A DNA stretch of 64,000 bases, from positions 1 to 64,000 of the forward strand of contig JAQGDQ010000152.1 in NCBI GenBank assembly GCA_030141605.1. Direction: 5' to 3'. The translations under genes and the position numbers were made by a program. Shown one piece after another: positions 1-13,421 of this stretch. This stretch comes from Tubiluchus corallicola (taxonomy: Eukaryota; Animalia; Priapulida). Positions within the stretch are counted from its first letter, which is position 1. Each line of letters starts with the position of its first letter. The notes under the pieces were generated by a model that worked only from the letters and a program-made list of their open reading frames with translations, did no database searches and had not been told where the DNA came from.

Positions 1-2227
1 AAACTTTAACTTTGGGTATAACTGAAATTGAGTTGACATTTCCTTTAAACTAAACACATTACTCAAGTCTACTTCGTATTAAACGGAAATGAAATATGGC
101 AGTTGTATGTATGATCATTGACGAATTGCATTAATATCAATAAAAAAGTTATGTTTCGATAGACAACAATAGCTTCCCTGCTAAGGAATAAGCAGAGTCA
201 TTAAATAAATGATGAAAATTCTCATGGAAAAAATAGTTTATCCAACCATTGGTGAAAAATAACCCACTGGCAGAGAAATGATTTAAATTATTTTTTAAAT
301 CAGCAAAGAAAAGGGTATAACACAAATGCATGTTTATAAACGGCTTAATGCATCTGCCACCAAATTTTGTGAACCTGCCACATGATCAACTGTGAATGCA
401 ACGGCACACACAAGATTATCACCAAAGTAAAAGGGTCATCAGGGGAGGCATCGGGAAAGAATCAGATTTCGGTCCCTACTTTCTATTTCAAATTCTCCCG
501 GCGGGGACCCAGTCACGTTGACTGTCCAACCTTAGATATTAAAGTGTTAACTACATGCAACAGTGACTCGCCATAGAGTAACCCGTGTTTGACGTAATTT
601 TATACAAACCAATATATAAAGCTAGCTACCCTGACCAAAACTCCTCCTTAATTGAACATAACCTTCCATACCAAAGTAATTCACAAAAACACGTTATAAT
701 CTATTTTCAGTGGATTATTACTAGGAGAAAAAGAATACATAAAGATAGGAAAGGAGAAATCATCGACTTTATAAAGTATTTTCTTTTCGTATTTTCTGCA
801 TAAAAAAAATTTGAAAAATGTCAGCTAACATTGAACAACAATTTCCCCCACTGGTTTTGCTTTAATTTTCTGAAAGTCAAGGTCTCAAAATGTAACAAAT
901 GTAAATGTAAATCAATAGCTTCCTTAAATCTGATCTGATCAAAGGTAAAGCAACGATAGTTATCAAAGCACACTCTACTAAAAACTGTTTTTGAAACCAG
1001 CACATAAATACTTATTCAGTTAATTAAAAACATTGTTCAAAATGCCATACTCAACTAATTTCAGTTCTGATTTTGGGCATAAAGTAGAAAAATAAAAAAT
1101 TAAGCAGAAGAAATATTTATTCTGATAAATTTTGCCAAAAATTCGATATTAAATTTTTTGATACAAAACGCATTAACCTCTGAATTTTTAGCTGTAGCAC
1201 CACAAAATCTCCTAAAACAATAAATAACAACCATTAAGCCTTTATTAACTAAAACTGAAAGCTGTTTTGTTGAACACTAACTAGCTCCTGCGGAAAATTC
1301 ACTTTTGTGTTTATAAACAAAAATTATCATCTTTACACCTTATCGTAAAATCTAAAAGCAAAGCATTTTGATGAAGAAAAACAATATCTTCCATAGGCTC
1401 ATCCAGCAAAACTTCAAACTAACATTTTTGCAAATGACCACGAAGTTACTAGTCCGCTTTACCTGCTGGAGCAATAACGCATCTATTATGAAAACGTTTC
1501 ATAAAATCCTTTACACCGCCTATTTTTCAAAAATTTCATCTATTTGCTTTTACCAACAATTGACGCATTCCCTGTCTAATTTAAATTTTGTATGCATTTT
1601 CGTAATAAATTATTAACGGGGAAATAAATAGTATGCCAATCTTTAAATTCCGATGCAATATATTTAGCTCAAAGACCAAAAGCTCAAGAACCTCCTTATG
1701 TTTAATCATATTAAATTGTATATCCTGGCGATATTAAGATCACTAGGAACGAAGTGGTTACGTAGTTTGCACAAAAAATGAAATTTGGTGCAATCGCAAT
1801 CAGTACTAAGAATCTTTTTACATTCTTAAAAATCCGAAGAATTTAAAAATTTATTATAATTGAAAATTACAGTCTTAGAAAATGTGTAGTATACTCCGAA
1901 GTAAATTTTCAACACTACTGCCTCTAAATATGGATTTTGTCAATTTGCTTAAATGAGAACTAGAATTCAACTCAACTGTCCAGAACAGGTATTGCTTTTT
2001 CTGCATAAACAAACGAAGCACTCCAACAGGTAAGTACAAACCATTTTAAGTGACAGGGGTGAGGAGATGATGAAATGAAAAAAACACATAGAGTAATGCA
2101 AGTCAAGCAAGCCATTTACTATCAAAATTAACACACACACCTCACAGCTATTTGCACTTACATATTTCCCCAACTGAACAGTACATAGCTTATAATTTTT
2201 TAAATAGCTAAAGGCTTAATGTCATGA

Positions 2228-2272
2228 ACGATGATGATGATGACGATGACGACGATGCTGATGATGATGGTA
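2228..2272. repeat. (GAT/GAC)n microsatellite
   Basis: gatgatgatgatgacgatgacgacgatgctgatgatgat in an intron. Confidence 0.85.
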
Positions 2273-2345
2273 ATGTTACAACCTTTAGATTCATTATTAC
2301 TTCGCTGTCCATGCATCTCCCATGGCTAAACTTTTTTTTGTTTAG

Positions 2346-5300
2346 ATGCCATTGACGAGTGTAATTCTAATCCTTGTCAGAATGGAGCAACCTGTGAAAA
2401 TGAAATCAATAAATACACTTGCACTTGTGTGGCAGGATACACTGGAACTAAGTGTGAACAAAGTAAAGCTTGCTATGATGTTTTTTTCAGATTGTATCAA
2501 AATGTACTTCATTCCCTATAATGAGTACTTTAGTTAAAAATGCTACATTAACAAAATAACTATGTAAGACATTTCACTGTGTTCTGCTGTACAATACTTG
2601 CATTATTTTGATTAAATAATTTTTAGATATAGATGAATGTGCATCAAGTCCTTGCCTAAATAATGCCACATGTCATGATAGAGTCAATGCATACGATTGT
2701 GCCTGTGCTGCGGGATATACTGGAGCTAGGTGTCAACATGGTAAGTAATAATTATAACAGACAGACTGTTCCTAATGAGATCATTAGAATAACCATGTGG
2801 CAACTGTCAGAGAGTTTGCAATTAGTTGCCAACAGTACCAGTTAACAAAGCAGTTCAGACTTTAGAGTTTGCTCTCAGAGAAAAAACTCTCTTGTCTAAA
2901 ATGCAATAATAGTGACAATGACATCGACACTTTATTGAATGGCTTTAATACTTATTTAAATAAATTGGGTAATTTCCATCTTTTTAATGTGTAAGTTGCT
3001 TCTGTTTAGAAATTGATGAATGCTCATCCAATCCTTGTCAGAATGGAGGTACTTGTAAGAATGAAATCGATAGCTATATTTGTTTGTGCTTCAATGGATA
3101 TACCGGAGATGAATGTGAAACAAGTAAAACATTTCATGACGCTTTGTATTTTTGCACATATTATGATAGCGCAGTGTAGTAGTAGTCTAACAATTGTAAC
3201 ACAAGTTTTGGAATTATCATAATTTACCATTTAATTAAATAAAAATGCAAAGCATTTTTTCTTTTTCTTTTTCTTTTTCTTGTAATGTAAGGTATACAGT
3301 AACATAGCAAATCCTGAAATATGTCATTGCAATAGCTATCATTCTGTGGCATAGATATCAACGAATGCTCATCCATTCCTTGTTTCCATCAGAACATGGA
3401 CTATGGAGCAAGGATTTGATGAGCATTCATTGATATTTCTAAAAAACAGACAGCTGTTGCTTTATATTGTTGCTGGATTTGTTGCGTCACTGTAAGTTAA
3501 TGCATGATATTCGAGTAATACTTTAATATACAGCGATGTAACAATTTCGGCAATATTTTTACCTAATAGCTCTTTTTTAGATATAAATGAATGCGCATCT
3601 GATCCTTGTGTCCATGGTACATGTTCTGATAAAATTCTCATACATTTGCAATTGTCAATCTGGGTATACTGGAAATAAATGTGACACATGTTAAGATGAG
3701 TGTTTTTTATGCATTGTATCTACAGTGTATCTTATTCCCTAAGATAACTACTTTAGTCAACAAATGATACGCTTGCATTTCATTGTTTTCTGCTACACTT
3801 GACTTAGCAAATATTGCAATATTTTGAATAATTAATTTTTAGATATTGATGAATGTGCATCAAGTCCTTGCCTAAATAATGCCAAATGTCAAGATAGAGT
3901 CAATGCATATGATTGTTCCTGTGCTGCTGGATATACTGGAACTAGGTGTCAACATGGTAAGTAATAATTATAACAGACTATTCCTATTGAGATCATTAGA
4001 ATAACCATGCGGCAACTGTCAGAGAGTTTGCAATAAGTTATTGACAGTACTACACAAAGCAGTTTAGACTTTAGAGTTTGCTGTCAGAGAGAAAAATCTC
4101 TAATCTAATATGCAATAACAGTGACAAAGGCATCGACACTTTATTGAATGGCTTAAGTACGTGTTTAAATTTTTGTGCATATTATGATATTACGCAGCGT
4201 ATATTACGCAGTGTATTAGTAGTTTAACAGTTGCTGCATCACTGTATCTTAATGCATGACATATGAGTAATACTTCAATATACAGTCATGTAACAAGTTC
4301 GGCAATGTTTTTACCCAATAGCTCTTTTCTTTAGATATAAATGAATGCGCATCTGATCCTTGTGTCCATGGTACATGTTCTGATACAATTAACTCATACA
4401 TTTGCAATTGTCAATCTGGGTATACTGGAAATAAATGTGACACAGGTAAAGACGGATGTTTTTTATGCATTGTATCTACTGTGTATCTTATTCCCTAAGA
4501 TAACTACTTTAGTCAACAAATGATACGCTTACATTTCATTGTTTTCTGCTACATATGACTTAGCAAATATTGCAATATTTTGAATAAATAATTTTTAGAG
4601 ATAGATGAATGTGCATCAAGTCCTTGCCTAAATAATGCTACATGTCATGATAGAGTCAATGCATATGATTGTTCCTGTGCTGCTGGATATACTGGAACTA
4701 GGTGTCAACACGGTAAGTAATAATTATAACAGACTATTCCTATTGAGATCATTAGAATAACCATGCGGCAACTGTCAGAGAGTTTGCAATAAGTTATTGA
4801 CAGTACTACATAAAGCAGTTCAGACTTTAGAGTTTGCTGTCAGAGAGAAAACTCTCTTGTCTAAAGTGCAATAATAGTGACAATGACATCGACACTTTAT
4901 TGAATGGCTTTAATATTTATTTAAATATATTGGGTAATTTGCATCTTTTTAATGCATTTGTTGCTTCTGTTTAGAAATTGATGAATGTTCATCTAATCCT
5001 TGTCAGAATGGAGGTACCTGTAAAGATGAAATCGTCAGCTATATTTGTTTGTGCATCAATGGATATATAGGAGATGAATGTGAAACAAGTAAAACCTTTC
5101 ACGATGCTTTGTATTTTTGCACATATTATGATAGCGCAGTGTAGTAGTAGTCTAACAAATGTAAGACAAGTTTTGGAATTATCAAAATTTACCATTTAAT
5201 TAAATAAAAATGTAAAGCATTTTTTCTTTTTCTTTTTCTTGTAGTGTAAGGTATACAGTAACATAGCAAATCCTGAAATATGTCATTGCAATAGCTATCA

Positions 5301-8300
5301 TTCTGTGGTATAGATATCAACGAATGCTCATCCATTCCTTGTTTCCATCAGAACATGGACTATGGAGCAAGGATTTGATGAGCATTCATTGATATTTCTA
5401 AAAAACAGACAGCTGTTGCTTTATATTGTTGCTGGATTTGTTGCGTCACTGTAAGTTAATGCATGATATTCGAGTAATACTTTAATATACAGTCTTGCAA
5501 CAAATTCTGCAATATTTTAACCCAATAGCTCTTTTCATTAGTTATCAATAAATGCGTATCTGATCCTTGTGTCCATGGTACATGTTTTTATAGAATCAAC
5601 TCATACATTTGCAATTGTCAAGCTGGGTATACTGGAAATAAATGTGACACATTTTAAGACGAGTGTTTTTTATGTATTGTATCTACAGTGTACCTTATTC
5701 CCTAAGATAACTATTTTAGTCAAAAGATAACACACTTACATTTCATTGTTTACTGCTACACATGACTTAGCAAATATTGCAATATTTTGAATAATTAATT
5801 TTTAGATATTGATGAATGTGCATCAAGTCCATGCCTAAATAATGCTACGTGTCATGATAGAGTCAATGCATACGATTGTTCCTGTGCTGCTGGATATACT
5901 GGAACTAGGTGTCAACATGGTAAGTAATAATTATAACAGACTGTTCCTATTGAGATCATTAGAATAACCATGCGGCAACTGTCAGAGAGTTTGCAATAAG
6001 TTATTGACAGTACTACATAAAGCAGTTCAGACTTTAGAGTTTGCTGTCAGAAAGAAAAATCTCTAGTCTAATATGCAATAACAGTGACAAAGACATCCAC
6101 ACCTTATTGAATGGCTTTAATATTTATTTAAATATATTGGGTAATTTGCATCTTTTTAATGCATTTGTTGCTTCTGTTTAGAAATTGATGAATGTTCATC
6201 TAATCCTTGTCAGAATGGAGGTACCTGTAAAGATGAAATCGACAGCTATATTTGTTTGTGCATCAATGGATATATAGGAGATGAATGTGAAACAAGTAAA
6301 ACCTTTCACGATGCTTTGTATTTTTGCACATATTATGATAGCGCAGTGTAGTAGTAGTCTAACAAATGTAAGACAAGTTTTGGAATTATCAAAATTTACC
6401 ATTTAATTAAATAAAAATGTAAAGCATTTTTTCTTTTTCTTTTTCTTGTAGTGTAAGGTATACAGTAACGTAGCAAATCCTGAGATATGTCATTGAAATA
6501 GCTATCATTCCATGGCGTAGATATCAATGAATGCTCATCCATTCCTTGTTTCCGTCGGAACATGGACTATAGAGCAAGGATTTGATGAGCATTCAATGAT
6601 ATTTCTAAAAAAAGACAGCTGTTGCTTTATATTGTTGATGGATTTGTTGCGTCACTGTAAGTTAATGCATGATATTCGAGTAATACTTTAATATACAGTC
6701 TTGCAACAAATTCGGCAATATTTTAACCCAATAGCTCTTTTCATTAGTTATCAATGAATGCGTATCTGATCCTTGTGTCCATGGTACATGTTTTTATAGA
6801 ATCAACTCATACATTTGCAATTGTCAAGCTGGGTATACTGGAAATAAATGTGACACATTTTAAGACGAGTGTTTTTTATGTATTGTATCTACAGTGTACC
6901 TTATTCCCTAAGATAACTATTTTAGTCAAAAGATAACACACTTACATTTCATTGTTTACTGCTACACATGACTTAGCAAATATTGCAATATTTTGAATAA
7001 TTAATTTTTAGATATTGATGAATGTGCATCAAGTCCATGCCTAAATAATGCTACGTGTCATGATAGAGTCAATGCATACGATTGTTCCTGTGCTGCTGGA
7101 TATACTGGAACTAGGTGTCAACATGGTAAGTAATAATTATAACAGACTGTTCCTATTGAGATCATTAGAATAACCATGCGGCAACTGTCAGAGAGTTTGC
7201 AATAAGTTATTGACAGTACTACATAAAACAGTTCAGACTTTAGAGTTTGCTGTCAGAAAGAAAAATCTCTAGTCTAAAATGCAATAATAGTGACAATGAC
7301 ATCGACACTTTATTGAATGGCTTTAATACTTATTTAAATAAATTGGGTAATTTCCATCTTTTTAATGTGTAAGTTGCTTCTGTTTAGAAATTCATGAATG
7401 CTCATCCAATCCTTGTCAGAATGGAGGTACTTGTAAGGATGAAATCGATAGCTATATTTGTTTGTGCTTCGATGGATATACCGGAGATGAATGTGAAACA
7501 AGTAAAACATTTCACGACGCTTTGTATTTTTGCACATATTGTGATACGCAGTGTAGTAGTAGTCTAACAATTGTAACACAAGTTTTGGAATTATCATAAT
7601 TTACCATTTAATTAAATAAAAATGCAAAGCATTTTTTCTTTTTCTTTTTCTTTTTCTTGTAATGTAAGGTATACAGTAACATAGCAAATCCTGAAATATG
7701 TCATTGCAATAGCTATCATTCTGTGGTATAGATATCAACGAATGCTCATCCATTCCTTGTTTCCATCAGAACATGGACTATGGAGCAAGGATTTGATGAG
7801 CATTCATTGATATTTCTAAAAAACAGACAGCTGTTGCTTTATATTGTTGCTGGATTTGTTGCGTCACTGTAAGTTAATGCATGATATTCGAGTAATACTT
7901 TAATATACAGTCTTGCAACAAATTCTGCAATATTTTAACCCAATAGCTCTTTTCATTAGTTATCAATGAATGCGTATCTGATCCTTGTGTCCATGGTACA
8001 TGTTTTTATAGAATCAACTCATACATTTGCAATTGTCAAGCTGGGTATACTGGAAATAAATGTGACACATTTTAAGACGAGTGTTTTTTATGTATTGTAT
8101 CTACAGTGTACCTTATTCCCTAAGATAACTATTTTAGTCAAAAGATAACACACTTACATTTCATTGTTTACTGCTACACATGACTTAGCAAATATTGCAA
8201 TATTTTGAATAATTAATTTTTAGATATTGATGAATGTGCATCAAGTCCATGCCGAAATAATGCTACGTGTCATGATAGAGTCAATGCATACGATTGTTCC

Positions 8301-11300
8301 TGTGCTGCTGGATATACTGGAACTAGGTGTCAACATGGTAAGTAATAATTATAACAGACTGTTCCCATTGAGATCATTAGAATAACCATGCGGCAACTGT
8401 CAGAGAGTTTGCAATAAGTTATTGACAGTACTACATAAAGCAGTTCAGACTTTAGAGTTTGCTGTCAGAAAGAAAAATCTCTAGTCTAATATGCAATAAC
8501 AGTGACAAAGACATCCACACCTTATTGAATGGTTTAGTACTTATTTAAATAAATTGGGTAATTTGCACCTTTTTAATGCGTTTGTTGCTTCTGTTTAGAA
8601 ATTGATGAATGTTCATCTAATCCTTGTCAGAATGGAGGTACCTGCAAAGATGAAATAGATAGCTATATTTGCTTGTGCGTCAACGGATATACCGGAGATG
8701 AATGTGAAACAAGTAAAACCTTTCACGATGCTTTGTATTTTTGCGCATATTATGATACGCAGTGTAGTAGTAGTTTAACAATTGTAAGACAAGTTTTGGA
8801 ATTATCAAAATTTACCATTTAATTAAAATAAAATGAAAAGCTATAAACTGAAGACAATTCCAATCAGTGTTTGACGTTACACAACATTACGCTAAGTTAA
8901 TCAGTGTTACATTCAGTGTGACATTATTGCATATTTTTTCCTTACATTATAGTACAATGGCTTTATCAACTTCGTTGTTTTTCTTCAGATATAAATGAAT
9001 GCTTGTCGAATCCTTGTAAAAATGGAGCTACCTGTACAGACGAAATCAATAAATACAGTTGTACCTGTCTAAATGGATTTACTGGAGTTGACTGTGGACA
9101 AGGTGAACAATTAACAAAATATTTTTATAAAGGCTAACGTATTGGTAATATGCTAGAAAAGTTTTAATAACTTGTACAACAGAGTAAACAAGCTATAGCG
9201 ATGAAATTACCCATCCATTAAAAAGTGAAATATGTATAAAAGCTCTCAATTTTACTGTTTAATATTATCTCAGGGAAATTTATTCAACATGGCTGCTTAG
9301 TCGTGTCCAATCAAATTTTAATTGGGCTGTATCGATAACAGTAAAAGTCTTCATTAATATACAATAATTACATTAATTAGTTTAATTTCGGGCGACATTC
9401 AATCTAGATCCAGCTATTAGCAATTATATGGCATTTTAATACTATTAGTGTTAGAATAAACGTAGGCATGCGAAAATTTAAATGCTAATAGCTATCTTTT
9501 AACAGCATGTTCTGACTAGTGAGTTTTCTCGTGTTACTCTGAGGACACTAATCATAATCTGACATGCACATCTCTTTTCACAATGAAAAGTGCTGAGGCA
9601 ATCACACTAAAGAGTAACTCTCATGAAATCAACTAATAGCAACTGTTTGCAATAACTTGTCAAAAGTAACTCGTGAGGCAGTTCACATTTGGTAGTTTAT
9701 TGTAAGAGAGAAAATGCGCAACAGAAAACTCACTAGTTGGAACATTGACTGTTTTTATTAGATATTGACGAATGTGCATCTATTATTTGTAAGAATGGAG
9801 CTACATGCAAAGATGGAATCGGTAACTACACTTGCATTTGCGATTCAGGATACACTGGAGTTAACTGTGGGCAAGGTAAAATACATCATAATTTTTGCAG
9901 GTTACGTTTCCCTTGTAATTGTAGTTTGTTCCTACAAATGAGAATATTTTACTGTTTCTTGTCCATTTTAAGGACAGCCATCTTGACATGTGGCATTTCA
10001 TGAGAAGAGTTGTTTTTACTAGATATCAACGAGTGCTCATCCAATCCGTGTGTGAATGGCTCATGTTCTGATGCACATAATGCATACATTTGTACTTGTG
10101 ATGCCGGATATGTAGGGACTCATTGTGACCAAGGTAAAACATTATCAAAGTGTCTGTTCTAGAAAATGCTCTGAAATCTGAATAAAGCAAACATGGATAT
10201 GGTTTGTCTAATATGTCCAAAAATTATTATTATAAGAATTTTTTGTGAAGGGTTATATCTGTCAAGAGATTTGAACCTAATGAGTATTAGCGTTCTTTAC
10301 TGTTTCAGATTTTAGATAAGTTTATATGTCTTGCATCTTCTCACTTCTATAGAAATACCTTTCTTCTCTAGATATTAATGAATGCCAGTCTAATCCCTGT
10401 AGATATGGTGCAACGTGTATAGATGGAATCAACAAATACACTTGTACTTGTGTTCCTGGATTTACTGGACGCACTTGTGGGGAAGGTAAAAGCTGCCACA
10501 ATGTTTGATATTATAGGCAGAAATTAACAAAACATAAATAAGAAAAAAGGACAATATGTACATTTAGTTCGTTACTAATACTATGAAATTTTGCGTTGCA
10601 GTTTGTCTGCTACAGATTTTTTCGTATTTCAGAGTTTGCAATAGGATCCCGACAGCACCACGCAAAGTGATTCAGATTTAGAGTTTGCTGTCTGAGAGAA
10701 AACTCACTAGTCTAAACTGCATAACACAGACAATGACCATGACACTTTATTGAATCGTTTAAGTACCTATTTAAATATATTTACATCTTTTAATGCGTTT
10801 ATTGCTTCTGTTTAGAAATTGATGAATGTTCGTCTAATCCTTGTCAGAATGGAGGTACTTGTAAAGATGAAATCGATAGCTATATTTGTTTATGTGTCAA
10901 CGGATATACCGGAGATAAATGTGAAACAAGTAAAACAGGTATAAGCAGTGTAGTTTAACATTGTTTAACAGGTTTCAAAATTAGACATTTCATCGTAATG
11001 TCTATGTAATGTAACGTATAAAGTAATGTGGCAAATCCTGAAACAATCCTTGTTTACGTCAGAATTATAAATTTCCTTCATATACTGCAAATAAATGTGA
11101 TATAGGTAAAGACTGGAGCTATGTCTGCTCCTATGCAGGTCATTAAGAAGATAGGAAAACTTGAAACTCAGTCTAGCATTTAATAATTTTGCTAATTTGA
11201 GTAGTTCAGAAATAAAATTTTTTGTGACGTGAATTACGTTGGCTTGTCAAATTATTACATTGTTGCTGTGTTTATTTTTGTGTTGACTGATTTGCAGGAG

Positions 11301-12703
11301 TTAGATTTGAACAAGGTTAAAATTGTCATAAGTTTTATTATGGTTTGCAGATTGCAATTCGTATAGTAAACTGATTTTCAAATTTTTGGATTCACTTAAA
11401 ATAAATGAGTAATTGGTGTGCAGCAACAAATCCACTTTTTAATAAAACTTTATTAAGTTTTTAATGGCTATATTATTTTTCTTCAGTTGCCGATTATTGC
11501 ACGTCTAATCCTTGCAAAAATGGAGGAACATGTAATGAGGGAGGTGATGTGAGTTACGTTTGCTCTTGCACTGCAAATTTTACTGGAGTTAATTGTGAAG
11601 CAGGTAACAGCTCCAGTGTAATTAGTAATAATTATTGCTAATTGTAGTTAATAAAGTTGGAATCTTATTAGTGGCAGGATTTTGCTACAAGTAAGGCTTT
11701 ATTCGGTTCCTACAGATATTACCAAAAGTTTGAACAGTTTAACCATGTAAAATTAGAATAAAAATTACTTACACTTAGTGACATGTATGAAATCACGAAT
11801 GAGCACAACGTTTTGTTATAACAATATATGCAATAAAAAATTTTGTAATGATATTATCTAAGTGTTAGGCGCGTGCAAAAGATATCTGGTAGAAACTTGT
11901 TTGATGCCAGGTATTTGCGCAAACCCAAACGCTGGCTTTTTTATGTTTTTCAATTGTTTACATGCTGTAAGCACTTATAGCAAGGGAGTTCGTGAGAATG
12001 TGTGTTATGTCATCAGGTTGGGCAGGGCCAAACATGGCTTGCGAACTGTCTATTGCAGATGTTATTGCAGTTGTTGTTTTTCTCATTGCTGCAGATGAGT
12101 GACACAGGTCGATGAAAATTTTTTCAGTCTTTCACATTCTGTATAGCTTGTACTCCCACTGTATCCCTAGATCTGTAGTGATTTACAGAGTAAATGTCTG
12201 AATATGAAAGGCTGGGGTATTTCCAAGGTATAATAGTTAGCACAGCTGCGTATAAAGCAGTAGGTCAGCAGTTCAAACTTTCTTCTTTCTGACTTATTTT
12301 TGTTACTGTGGAGGCAAATATTCTTGCAAAACAAATTTCAGACTTTAATAATTGTCTTTTGTAGGTGTGAAACCTATAAAGTTGATCATCCCTGCTTTCT
12401 GTACGCCTCAGGATTGGAAGGTGAATAACATAGAATGGAAATGGACAGACGGGCATATTGATCTAAAGAACTTTCGTGACCATTCAATTGTAGCCAATGA
12501 GCGCTTTATAATTCATGTTGGTATGGCCTGGGAGACCAAGTACGATGAACACTGCTCGAATACTTCATTCACTATAGAATATCCATTGGAAAGTGATGCT
12601 GGCATCTACCAGGCTATATTTACACGTGAAAAGGTCTCCAGGCAGGATGTTTTTAATTTCACTGTTCCAGACCATCTAGACGAGAACAATCAAGCTATAA
12701 TAG
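2346..12703 (+). CDS. Multi-exon Ca-binding EGF-repeat (Notch/fibropellin-like) protein followed by an Ig-like domain; 5' end not identified
   Basis: 19 intact AG/GT-bounded phase 1-1 exons of 111/114/117 nt, each one EGF (D-I-D/N-E-C-x-S-x-P-C...G-Y/F-T-G-x-x-C): 2346-2462, 2627-2740, 3010-3123, 3843-3956, 4335-4445, 4599-4712, 4975-5088, 5806-5919, 6182-6295, 7012-7125, 7388-7501, 8224-8337, 8599-8712, 8989-9102, 9762-9875, 10023-10133, 10372-10485, 10816-10929, 11487-11603. Then Ig-like exon 12365-12703 (WKW...[16 protein letters not shown]). Possible upstream exon 1964-2029. Confidence 0.88.
3355..3436. repeat. Fold-back of two head-to-head EGF exon 5' fragments (further copies 5314-5395, 6521-6602, 7732-7813)
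   Basis: atatcaacgaatgctcatccattccttg...caaggatttgatgagcattcattgatat. The right arm is the reverse complement of an EGF exon start with its own polypyrimidine-AG (ctgtctgttttttag on the - strand). Confidence 0.9.
3581..8070 (+). pseudogene. Four splice-dead EGF pseudo-exons (3581-3689, 5542-5652, 6748-6858, 7960-8070)
   Basis: Copies of the intact DPCVHGTC exon 4335-4445 (ACAG|gtaaag). The donor reads ACATgttaag at 3581 (which also has a 2-nt deletion) and ACATtttaag in the other three. Confidence 0.8.
9507..9745. mobile_element. MITE-like element with ~23-bp terminal inverted repeats
   Basis: atgttctgactagtgagttttct ... agaaaactcactagttggaacat. The right half resembles a sequence repeated in the tandem-unit introns. 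No clear TSD. Confidence 0.5.
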
Positions 12704-13421
12704 GTATAGTCTACAATTTATTTTATTTACCAAAACAATGGGTTTTTGTTTTTTTCCTATCAAAAGTACTCATTATTTAAAATCCAACTACAACTATGAA
12801 ATGAGGCCTTACTTTTCCCTAGTTTTAAATATTCTATAATATCTGAGTCATTACATTTATTACACAAAGTGGACATTTTAAACAAGAAAACCCGAATTAA
12901 TCAATTTTGTCAACAAAGTTGTTTACACAATTAAATTCGTTCGAGGTGCTACTAATAGTAGTAGTTGTATTAGTAGTCTGTTCATTAACCAGTATTACAC
13001 GAGTATCATTGCGAACTAACACTTCATTTTAAATGCAAATAATTACGTTTTGGTTTTTGATCTGTGTTGGCGTACACCTTTCAAAAATAATTTTGCTAGG
13101 ATGAATGGTTAATTTCTGTTCTTCGAAAGTGTTTTATTTGCTTTTAAGGTATGATTCATTATATTCCATTGATAGACTGTCGAGAATTACATCAGTAAAG
13201 CAAATCACGAGTTTTTTTTCCCTGTTTGCATGGACCTGTCCTTGCAAACTGGTTTTTCAATGTAACGTAGTCTTTGATTTGCAGTAATCAATTACCCATG
13301 TAATTGTCATTTACGTCCGTAGTATAGCTGGTATCGTGCCCATCCAGCCATGTAGTTAGCTGAATTAGGTTTCTTTCATAAACCTATGTATAATCATCTT
13401 TCCGTGCCAAGGTCAAGCCAG

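Larger units (their letters stand above)
2600..8830 (+). repeat. ~1.2-kb tandem exon-intron duplication (about 6 units)
   Basis: The [12 protein letters not shown]-type exon recurs at 2627, 3843, 4599, 5806, 7012 and 8224 (spacings 1216, 756, 1207, 1206, 1212) with near-identical introns. Confidence 0.95.

Noticed and set aside
2346-10220. Repeated 60-87 aa ORFs (MNAYLILVS..., MVNFDNSK...)
   Set aside because: They are off-frame or antisense shadows of the EGF exons and duplicated introns.
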